Assembly (NCBI GenBank): GCA_963822905.1
Contig: CAWGJF010000002.1
Span: 386,911 to 450,910, forward strand
DNA from: an uncultured Ignavibacteriales bacterium
GTDB taxonomy: Bacteria; Bacteroidota; Ignavibacteria; Ignavibacteriales; Ignavibacteriaceae
DNA: 64,000 nt
Reading direction: 5' to 3'
The notes beneath the pieces are model-generated. The model searched no databases. It saw only the letters and a program-made list of their open reading frames with translations, and was not told where the DNA came from. The translations under genes were made by a program, and so were the position numbers. Positions 26,838 through 35,388 of the stretch are shown here, one piece after another. Each line of letters opens with the position of its first letter. Within the stretch, counting starts at the first letter, position 1.

Positions 26838-28014
26838 AATTAAATATCAAAAAAAGGAATTACCCGGGACTCTCTCCAAACTGGGTTTAGGTTTGTTGGT
26901 AATAGGAATTATCCTTGGTGTATTAAGCTTTTTTGTTGATCACTCAAGGGCAGTTTTTAATTATCTTCTTTCATATACATTTCTGATTAGCATTGGCGTT
27001 GGCGCATTATTTCTGATTGCACTTGAATATGTCGCCGGTGCTGACTGGAGTGTTCCAATCAGAAGGGTAGTTGAATTTTTTGCTGCAATTGTTCCGTTTC
27101 TTGCAATATTGGTGATTCCGCTGTTGTTCAATGTTCATGATATTTTTCATTGGTCGCATGCAGATGTAGTTGCAAAAGATAAAATTCTGCAGGGTAAGGC
27201 TCCTTATTTAAATATTCCATTTTTTATTATCAGGGTTTTTTTATTTATAGGATTATGGTCATTATTTTATTACCTGTTTACAAGGAATTCTAAAAAGCAG
27301 GATAATTCAGGAGACCAGCTGCTTACTAAAAAGAATATAAAACTATCTGCGATTTTTATTCCTCTGTTTGCCATTACAATTACATTAACTTCAGTTGATT
27401 TTCTAATGAGTATTACACCTCATTGGTTCTCAACAATTTTTGGTGTTTATTATTTCTCAGGATCAGTAGTTGCTGCTTTAGCTGCAGTAACACTTGCCAC
27501 AGTGTTGTTAAAAGAAAAAGGATTTTTGCATCCAAGAATGACAAATGATCACCTCTATAGTTTAGGTGGTTTGATGTTTGCATTTGTTAATTTCTGGGCA
27601 TACATAGCCTTCTCGCAGTTTTTGTTGATCTGGTATGCGAATCTTCCTGAAGAAACTTTTTGGTTTATGCAAAAGTGGCATGGAAGCTGGGCTATATTTT
27701 CAATTGGATTAATTGTGATTCATTTTTTGGTTCCATATATCGCATTAGTTTCTCAGCCATCTAAAATGAATCCTAAAACACTAAAGTTTATTTCTATCTG
27801 GTTATTGTTTGCACATTTGTTTGATTTATTCTGGCTTGTTATGCCAAGCATTCCTTCATTAGCTGACGGTTATTCGTTTAGCTGGATTGATTTGGTATTT
27901 CCAATTTCTGTTACTGGTATTGTTTTACTTGTTTTTAACATGAAGGCAAAAAAAGAAAATCTCGTTCCCATTGGTGATCCAAAATTAAAACGCGGTCTCG
28001 ATTTTCATTTATAA
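26824..28014 (+). CDS. actF: ActF, second NrfD-like membrane subunit of ACIII
   Basis: Polytopic membrane protein in the position following actE. The ATG at 26824 is preferred over the TTG at 26809. Confidence 0.8.
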   Translation: MQETEIKYQKKELPGTLSKLGLGLLVIGIILGVLSFFVDHSRAVFNYLLSYTFLISIGVGALFLIALEYVAGADWSVPIRRVVEFFAAIVPFLAILVIPLLFNVHDIFHWSHADVVAKDKILQGKAPYLNIPFFIIRVFLFIGLWSLFYYLFTRNSKKQDNSGDQLLTKKNIKLSAIFIPLFAITITLTSVDFLMSITPHWFSTIFGVYYFSGSVVAALAAVTLATVLLKEKGFLHPRMTNDHLYSLGGLMFAFVNFWAYIAFSQFLLIWYANLPEETFWFMQKWHGSWAIFSIGLIVIHFLVPYIALVSQPSKMNPKTLKFISIWLLFAHLFDLFWLVMPSIPSLADGYSFSWIDLVFPISVTGIVLLVFNMKAKKENLVPIGDPKLKRGLDFHL

Positions 28015-28031
28015 AATATTTAAGTACGAAC

Positions 28032-28952
28032 TTGAATCAATTATTTCAAAAAATAAAAAACGACTTTAAAAGTAATACAGGAGCAGTATTTGGATTATTA
28101 TACCCATATGTTCTTGTCATAATTGTAATTATTGGATTGATATATATAACAAACCTTAATCAGATTTCACGACAGACTGTTCCACCAATTATTCCAGATA
28201 GTACAGTTGTGCCGAAAGACCTTGAAGTAAAGAAGGCAAGAACAATTCCACCGGTTAATGTTTTTGAAATAAGTAAGCCAACACGGGAATTAATTCAAAA
28301 AGGTCAAAAAACATTTACAACAATTTGTGCAAGTTGTCATGGTGAAAATGGAACCGGAACCGGTCCGGCATCCATTGGCTTGAATCCTGCTCCAAGGAAT
28401 TTTACCAAGGTAGAAAACTGGGTAAACGGCAGGACTATTTCTGGAATGTACACAACACTTCAGGAAGGGATTCCTAACAGCGCCATGATATCATATGATT
28501 TCTTGACTCCTGAAGAGAGATTTGCAGTAATTCATTATATCCGCAGTACATTTATGCAGAATCCTCCTCAGGATTCGCATGATGATCTTGCAGCGTTGGA
28601 CCAGATTTATAACCTGTCATCCGGAATGGAACTCCCGGCACAAATTCCGGTTGCTGCTGCAATGGATATAATATTAAAGGAAAATCAGGGAAAAATAAAT
28701 AAACTGAATTCTGTGTATGGAATGATTAATAATAGCCGGACTTCATCTGCTGTTTTATTTAAAAATATTACTTCTGATTGTAAACTTGCATTATCAGCAT
28801 TTATAAGATCAGATTCATGGAATGCAAACAAGAATTCATTTGAACACTTTGTTACTATCAATGTAAATCAAAATGGATTTAACGGAAAAATTTTTAATCT
28901 TACAACTTCACAATGGGATGAACTTTATAACTTTATTAAACAAGTTATTTGA
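28032..28952 (+). CDS. Membrane-anchored monoheme c-type cytochrome with ~150-aa C-terminal domain of unknown function
   Basis: TTG start, N-terminal TM helix, CASCHGENG heme site and a distal Met region (IPNSAMISY). Confidence 0.75.
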   Translation: MNQLFQKIKNDFKSNTGAVFGLLYPYVLVIIVIIGLIYITNLNQISRQTVPPIIPDSTVVPKDLEVKKARTIPPVNVFEISKPTRELIQKGQKTFTTICASCHGENGTGTGPASIGLNPAPRNFTKVENWVNGRTISGMYTTLQEGIPNSAMISYDFLTPEERFAVIHYIRSTFMQNPPQDSHDDLAALDQIYNLSSGMELPAQIPVAAAMDIILKENQGKINKLNSVYGMINNSRTSSAVLFKNITSDCKLALSAFIRSDSWNANKNSFEHFVTINVNQNGFNGKIFNLTTSQWDELYNFIKQVI

Positions 28953-28970
28953 GATATACGAGATGAGAAG

Positions 28971-29762
28971 ATGTTCAATGGAATGATATATATTTTGTTA
29001 GCTTTTATTGCTCTGAGTACAATTTCATTTTCGTCGGAGGATGAAATTAAAGTTGGAATTGATGAACAACTTGGAGCTTACATTCCTTTAGATACACAAT
29101 TTAAAAACGAGAACGGTAATATTGTTGTACTGAAGGATTTGATAAAACGACCAACAGTTTTGGCGTTTGTATATTATAGATGTCCGGGCATTTGCAGCCC
29201 TTTATTATTTTCTCTGACTGATGTTATCAATAAATCTGATCTGGAACTCGGCTATGATTATAATGTTGTTTGCATAAGTTTTGATAATTTGGAGACACCA
29301 GAAATTGCTGCTGATAAGAAAAAGTCTTTTTTTGAAGGTTTGGATAAAAATATTAAACCGGAAGATTGGGAGTTTTTAACCGGAGACAGTATTAATATTA
29401 AAAAAGTGACTGATGCTGCTGGATTCAGGTTTGAAAGGAAAGGAAACCAATTTCTTCATTCAGGTTCATTTATTTTCCTGGATAAAGATGGAAAGATTTG
29501 TCGTTATCTTTTTCCCGGCTACACAGAAAGTCATGGTTTCGGAATATTACCTTTTGATTTTAAAATGGCTGTGCTGGAAGCAAGTGCTGGAAAAGAAACT
29601 CCAACCATTGCAAAAGTATTGAGATTTTGTTTTTCTTATGATACACAGGGACAAAAATATACTGCTAATATTACAAGAATTTTTGGGGCGGCAATTCTAA
29701 TTTTTGCTGTAGCTTTTTTCATTTTTGTTATTAAAAAACCTAAGAAAGCGATTATTAAATGA
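28971..29762 (+). CDS. SCO1/SenC family copper chaperone
   Basis: Thioredoxin-like fold with YYRCPGICSP (CxxxC copper site), N- and C-terminal TM segments, and location directly upstream of cox subunit I. Confidence 0.85.
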   Translation: MFNGMIYILLAFIALSTISFSSEDEIKVGIDEQLGAYIPLDTQFKNENGNIVVLKDLIKRPTVLAFVYYRCPGICSPLLFSLTDVINKSDLELGYDYNVVCISFDNLETPEIAADKKKSFFEGLDKNIKPEDWEFLTGDSINIKKVTDAAGFRFERKGNQFLHSGSFIFLDKDGKICRYLFPGYTESHGFGILPFDFKMAVLEASAGKETPTIAKVLRFCFSYDTQGQKYTANITRIFGAAILIFAVAFFIFVIKKPKKAIIK

Positions 29763-29774
29763 AGGTGATTTTAT

Positions 29775-31436
29775 ATGTCCGCTGAGACAATACCTCTCAG
29801 ATCAAATGGGAAAGAACCGAGTTACCTGGATTTTAAAGGAAGATTTACAGGATTAAGAGGATGGATCTTTTCTACCGACCATAAAAGAATCGGGATTCTT
29901 TATCTGGTTGCTATATCTATGTTCTTCCTAATGGGTGTGACTTTTGGTTTCCTGATGAGGCTGGAACTTATTGCTCCAGGTAGAACAATTATGGATGCTC
30001 AAACTTATAACTCCATTTTTACTTTGCATGGCGTTATAATGATTTTTCTGTTTGTTATTCCCGGGTTACCAGCGGTATTTGGAAATTTCTTTCTGCCAAT
30101 TCTTATTGGAGCAAAAGATGTTGCATTTCCCAGGTTAAATCTTTTATCCTGGTACTTATACATAACAGGTGGATTATTAGCTCTGATGAGTATTCTATTG
30201 CCAGGTGGTCCCGCTGATACAGGCTGGACATTTTACATTCCCTACAGTGTTAGAACAGGAACTAATGTTTTATTTGCATTGTCCGCTGCATTTGTTTTAG
30301 GTTTCTCATCGATATTAACAGGATTGAATTTTGTAACAACTGTTCATAGGATGCGCGCACCTGGGATGGGTTGGTTTAAAATGCCATTATCCATTTGGTC
30401 ATTCTATGCAACTGCCTGGGTTCAGGTTTTGGCTACGCCGATTATTGGAATTACATTATTATTAGTTGCGATAGAAAGATTGTTAGGAGTTGGGATTTTT
30501 GACCCGGCGTTAGGAGGTGATCCGGTTCTTTACCAACATTTGTTCTGGATTTATTCACATCCTGCAGTTTATATAATGATTTTACCTGCTATGGGTGTGG
30601 TTTCAGAAATAATTCCGGTATTTGCTCACAGGACTATTTTCGGTTATAAGTTTATAGCATTTTCGAGTATTGCTATTGCTTCACTTGGTTCACTAGTTTG
30701 GGCTCATCATATGTTTACTGTAGGAATGAGTAACACCGGACAATTCGTTTTCTCGCTTTTCACAATGCTTGTAGCTATTCCAAGTGCAATAAAAGTCTTT
30801 AACTGGATAGCAACATTGTACAAGGGATCAATCGATCTGGCAACACCAATGTTATTTATTCTTGCATTCATTTTTCTATTTTCTATTGGTGGTTTAACAG
30901 GTGTGATGCAGGGAGTACTTTCAGTTGACATACAGGTTCATGATACTTCATTCATAGTTGCACATTTTCATTATGTGATGTTCGGAGGAACCGGCTTCGG
31001 CTTTTTCGCTGCACTTCACTACTGGTTTCCTAAAATGTTTGGGAGAATGTACAGTCCGAAACTAGCTAAGGTAGCCTTCTGGTTTTTATTTATCGGTTTT
31101 AATGTTCTTTATTTCCCAATGTTTATTATGGGATGGATGGGAATGCCAAGAAGGTATTATGATTATTTACCTCAATTTCATCCTTATCATCTTGTTTCAA
31201 CAATTGGTTCCTGGATTTTAATTGCAGGTTTGCTAATGATGATATTTAATTTAGTTCGCTCACTCAAAAAGGGAAAAGTAGTAACTGAAAAAAATATCTG
31301 GGGCGGGGAAACACTTGAATGGAAGATCGATACACCTCCTATCCACGAGAATTTTACAGAGATTCCTTATATAGAAGAAAGACCTTATCAATATAAAGAT
31401 AACGACATTACTGTTGACCCGCAGGAGGCAAGGTGA
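29775..31436 (+). CDS. ctaD: Heme-copper oxidase subunit I, A2-type
   Basis: Twelve-helix protein with HGVIMIFLFVIP and WAHHMF motifs. Helix VI reads FWIYSHPAVY (nt 30552-30572), which is the YS motif replacing the D-channel Glu. Confidence 0.95.
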   Translation: MSAETIPLRSNGKEPSYLDFKGRFTGLRGWIFSTDHKRIGILYLVAISMFFLMGVTFGFLMRLELIAPGRTIMDAQTYNSIFTLHGVIMIFLFVIPGLPAVFGNFFLPILIGAKDVAFPRLNLLSWYLYITGGLLALMSILLPGGPADTGWTFYIPYSVRTGTNVLFALSAAFVLGFSSILTGLNFVTTVHRMRAPGMGWFKMPLSIWSFYATAWVQVLATPIIGITLLLVAIERLLGVGIFDPALGGDPVLYQHLFWIYSHPAVYIMILPAMGVVSEIIPVFAHRTIFGYKFIAFSSIAIASLGSLVWAHHMFTVGMSNTGQFVFSLFTMLVAIPSAIKVFNWIATLYKGSIDLATPMLFILAFIFLFSIGGLTGVMQGVLSVDIQVHDTSFIVAHFHYVMFGGTGFGFFAALHYWFPKMFGRMYSPKLAKVAFWFLFIGFNVLYFPMFIMGWMGMPRRYYDYLPQFHPYHLVSTIGSWILIAGLLMMIFNLVRSLKKGKVVTEKNIWGGETLEWKIDTPPIHENFTEIPYIEERPYQYKDNDITVDPQEAR

Positions 31437-32056
31437 CAACAACACATGCAAATATAGAAGCACATGTTCACCATGACGAAGTCGGTTCAAGGATGGGAAT
31501 GTGGCTTTTCCTGTTTACCGAACTATTGCTTTTTGGAGGTATGTTTTTAGTTTATTCTGTTTACAGGTTTAAAAATCCAAATGATTTTCACATTGCAGCA
31601 AAAGAATTAAATATAATTCTTGGTTGTTTTAATACAGCGATTCTTCTTACTAGCAGTTTGACAATGGTTTTAGCTATTGTTGCAATACAAAGAGATCGTA
31701 AATATTTGTCCATATTCTTCCAGTTGATGACGATTTGTCTCGGAATATTTTTTATGGTGAATAAATACTTTGAATGGACAACAAAAATACATCATGGAAT
31801 TTATCCCGGTTCGGAACTGCTTTTATCCAAAAGCTCAGGTGAAATTTTATTTTTTGGATTGTATTATGTAATGACAGGATTACATGGTTTGCATGTTTTT
31901 GTTGGTATGACACTTATTGCTATCATGATGGTCTTTACGATTAAGGGATCAATAAATCATACAAATTTTGTCAGGTTGGAAAATATCGGATTATATTGGC
32001 ACCTTGTTGACATCATCTGGATTTTCCTATTCCCGTTATTCTATTTAATTACTTAA
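31433..32056 (+). CDS. ctaE: Cytochrome c oxidase subunit III
   Basis: GTG start overlapping ctaD. Motifs LFLFTELLLFGG, YWHLVDIIWIFLFP. Confidence 0.9.
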   Translation: MTTTHANIEAHVHHDEVGSRMGMWLFLFTELLLFGGMFLVYSVYRFKNPNDFHIAAKELNIILGCFNTAILLTSSLTMVLAIVAIQRDRKYLSIFFQLMTICLGIFFMVNKYFEWTTKIHHGIYPGSELLLSKSSGEILFFGLYYVMTGLHGLHVFVGMTLIAIMMVFTIKGSINHTNFVRLENIGLYWHLVDIIWIFLFPLFYLIT

Positions 32057-32065
32057 GGAAAAGAA

Positions 32066-32356
32066 ATGGAAAACCCGGAACATATTGAACAATCACATGG
32101 CTACGGAATATATATTTTAGTGTGGCTTGCCCTATTAACATTAACAGCAATAACAGTGGTGGTTGCGGGTGTTGATATAGGCAAATTCACAATTGCAACT
32201 GCTTTAATAATTGCAGCGGTTAAAAGTTATCTTGTTTTAACAGTTTTTATGCATTTGAAAAGTGAGAGCAAAGTATTTAGGGTTTTTCTTGCTGTGGCTC
32301 TTTTCTTCCTGTTGATATCATTCACTTTAATGTTTGCTGATTATTCTTTCAATTAA
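32066..32356 (+). CDS. Cytochrome c oxidase subunit IV (small prokaryotic type)
   Basis: 96 aa with three hydrophobic helices, the KSYLVLTVFMHLK motif, and a position after subunit III. Confidence 0.75.
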   Translation: MENPEHIEQSHGYGIYILVWLALLTLTAITVVVAGVDIGKFTIATALIIAAVKSYLVLTVFMHLKSESKVFRVFLAVALFFLLISFTLMFADYSFN

Positions 32357-32368
32357 GGATTTTTGAAT

Positions 32369-33004
32369 ATGTTTGATGGGGTATCAAATTTTGCGAATTC
32401 TGTAGATGGTACTTTTCTGTTTACTCTGATTGTTTCAGTTTTCTTTTTATTACTGATTACTGTTACGATGATTTACTTTGTATTTAAGTACAGTAGAAAA
32501 CGAAACCCGAAAGCCGTTAACGTTCATAGTAATACTGCTTTGGAAGTTACCTGGACAGTAATTCCCACCATACTTGTACTAATAATGTTTTGGTTTGGAT
32601 GGGTTAACTATCTTGAAGAATCTGATATACCTGAAAATGCAATGCCGGTTGATGTTACAGCCCAAATGTGGAAATGGAGTTTTAAGTATGAGAATGGGAA
32701 AAATTCCGACTCACTCTATGTTCCTGTTGATACTCCGATTAAACTGAATTTACATTCTAATGATGTAAACCATGCTTTTTTTGTTCCTGCTTTCCGGGTA
32801 AAAAAAGATGTTTATCCTGGTCTGAGCAGGGCGACCTGGTTTAAGGCAGAAGAGGTTGGAAGATATCATATCGCTTGTGCTGAATATTGCGGATTAAATC
32901 ATTCTTATATGGCCAACACAGTAATCGTAATGCCAAAAGATAAATTCAATGAATGGATTGCTGATACTACAACGGTAAATGATACAACATTATCAAACAA
33001 ATAG
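32369..33004 (+). CDS. ctaC: Cytochrome c oxidase subunit II (CuA domain, no fused cytochrome c)
   Basis: Two N-terminal TM helices. CuA ligands: HSNDVNHAF ... CAEYCGLNHSYM. An AAGGA Shine-Dalgarno lies 9 nt upstream of the ATG at 32369. Confidence 0.92.
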   Translation: MFDGVSNFANSVDGTFLFTLIVSVFFLLLITVTMIYFVFKYSRKRNPKAVNVHSNTALEVTWTVIPTILVLIMFWFGWVNYLEESDIPENAMPVDVTAQMWKWSFKYENGKNSDSLYVPVDTPIKLNLHSNDVNHAFFVPAFRVKKDVYPGLSRATWFKAEEVGRYHIACAEYCGLNHSYMANTVIVMPKDKFNEWIADTTTVNDTTLSNK

Positions 33005-33024
33005 TAAAAACTGAAAAATAAAAT

Positions 33025-33888
33025 TTGAAAAACCAGATTAATATATTTTTAGAATTAACCAAGTTCCGGATTACTTCGTTTGTATCTCTTACAACAGGTT
33101 TTGGATTTATTGCAGCTGCAGGAATAATTTCGTTAAATATAATTCCAGTTCTTATAGGTGTGCTGCTAATAGCTTGTGGTTCTGCTGCGCTGAATCATTT
33201 TCAGGAAAGTAAAACTGATGCGTTAATGGATAGAACTAAAAACAGACCGATACCTTCTGGCAGAATAAATTCGGATAATGCTTTGATCATTTCATTGATA
33301 TTAGTAATTACTGGTTCGACCATTCTATATTTTTCAGGTGGAATAATAGCTACCTTAATTGCTTTGTCAAATTTGATCTGGTATAATGTTGTTTATACTT
33401 TGCTCAAAAAGAAAAGCGCTTTCGCGATTATTCCAGGCTCAATTGTGGGAGCAATTCCACCGGCAGTTGGCTGGATAAGTGGAGGTGGTTTTATAACTGA
33501 TCCTCAATTATTCATTATTTGTTTCTTCTTCTTTATCTGGCAGATACCACATTTCTGGTTGTTACTTTTGGTTTTTGATAGAGACTACCAGAAGGCGGGG
33601 TTCCCAACACTGACTCAGATTTTTGATAAACACCAGTTAATAAGGATAACATTTATGTGGATTATTGCTACCGGCGTAACAGCAATTCTGATTCCATTAT
33701 TTGGACTCGTTAAACAAGAACTAATAAATATTGCGCTGTTTTTATCAGGGATATGGCTAACCTGGAATGCATTTAAATTACTTTCAAAATCTGATAACAA
33801 TTTAGTTTTCACATTTGCATTCAGAAGCATAAATATTTTTGTATTAACGGTCGTAACACTTGTATCAGTTGATAAACTAGTTTTTTAA
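33025..33888 (+). CDS. ctaB: Protoheme IX farnesyltransferase (heme O synthase)
   Basis: UbiA-family motifs (NHFQESKTDALMDRTKNRPIPSG, FIWQIPHFW) in a polytopic protein. TTG start. Confidence 0.9.
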   Translation: MKNQINIFLELTKFRITSFVSLTTGFGFIAAAGIISLNIIPVLIGVLLIACGSAALNHFQESKTDALMDRTKNRPIPSGRINSDNALIISLILVITGSTILYFSGGIIATLIALSNLIWYNVVYTLLKKKSAFAIIPGSIVGAIPPAVGWISGGGFITDPQLFIICFFFFIWQIPHFWLLLLVFDRDYQKAGFPTLTQIFDKHQLIRITFMWIIATGVTAILIPLFGLVKQELINIALFLSGIWLTWNAFKLLSKSDNNLVFTFAFRSINIFVLTVVTLVSVDKLVF

Positions 33889-33909
33889 TAAAAAAGGTTT
33901 TTATAAAGG

Positions 33910-35257
33910 ATGGATTTTCTGGATCAAATAACACTTCCACAATCTGCTGAACATATTCAGCTTTTACATTATTTGTTAATTGTGGTTTTGTTTTTGTTTA
34001 TCTCATTCATTGGATTAGTATTTGGTGGCACAGTACTTTCACTATGGTACAAAAGTAAAGCTGAAAAAACAGGTGATGAAAAATATTTTCATTTTGCAAA
34101 AGATATTATGGAAATTGTAACCATTAGCAAAAGCGTGGGAATCATTCTTGGCATAGCTCCATTATTTACTATCATTTTAATTTATTCTCAACTACTTCAT
34201 GGTTCACAAGTATCCAACCTAGGTTTTCTGGGTCTTTCTCTGATTTGTGTTGTAGTATCCCTTGTACTTATTTACAGTTATAGATATTCACTTTCGTTCA
34301 ATAGAATTTTTGGTTCAATAAAATCATTTGCAATAAAAGATGAAGACATTTCAGGAGAGATAAATAAATTTAGCACTGAAAGTAATCATATCAGTAATAC
34401 TGCAGGCAGGTATGGATTGTTATTCCTTTTCCTGGGGTTATGGTTTTTCTTCACTGCCATTACAATTTCTATTTATTATAAAAATTGGACTGTTGATAGT
34501 TTCCTTGGTAGCATCTTTGATTTGAATGTCATATTAAAATTTATTTTTTATGTACTATTTTCTTTAACATTAACTGGCGGGATAATTCTTTTCAGATTTT
34601 TTAATCTTGAAAAAAATAAGAGCACAGAGGATGATGAGTACAACAGTTTTGTAAAATTTCATTCACAAAAAGTTACATTTATCTCCGGTGTTTTAATTCC
34701 TGTATTTATGTTGTTAAATCTTCTGGATGTACCCACCTCAGTTTTATCAGGAACGGTTTTTACCTATCTCATTATTTCAATTCTGTTGTTGTTTTTGGGG
34801 TATCACTTTCTTTATATGCTTAGTAAAAGTTATAGTAGTGTATTCACAAGTTTATTATTTCTGGTATTAATCTTTTCACTGGGAGCATATATTGTAAGTG
34901 AACAATCAATAATGAAAAATTCAACAAGTGTTCAATCTGCTGTTTTGAGTGCCAGCTTTGATAAATATCTTGCTGACCTGAAAGGGGAAAGCACTACGGC
35001 AAAAGTAGATGGTGCAGAAATTTATAAGGTTAGATGCGAGTCTTGTCATAGATGGGATAAAAAATTAAATTGGCCCGCCACATAAAGATGTGATTCCAAA
35101 ATATGCGGGGAAAGAAGCACAATTAGTTGCATTTATCAGGAATCCTGTTAAAGTTAACCCCGATTATCCACCTATGCCTAATCCTGGTTTGAAACCGAAT
35201 GAAGCTAAAGCGGTTGCAAAATATTTACTTGACAGACTTGCTTCAGAGAAAAAATAA
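33910..35257 (+). CDS. Polytopic membrane protein with C-terminal class-I cytochrome c domain; reading frame broken at ~35066-35070 in this assembly
   Basis: The 391-aa ORF ends just after the CESCH heme motif. The +1 frame is open from 35069 and encodes IGPPHKDVIPKYAGKEAQLVAFIRNPVKVNPDYPPMPNPGLKPNEAKAVAKYLL..*, the rest of a cytochrome c domain. Its stop is at 35255-35257. Confidence 0.7.
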
Positions 35258-35388
35258 TTCGATCTGTTAATTCAGCAATTAATATTAACTTTGAGAATAG
35301 TTGTGAAAAATCTTAATTGATTGATTTATTTATCTATATTCCTTAAGTTCAAAAAAATATTTTAATTATAATAAAGGATAGAGGAAAA

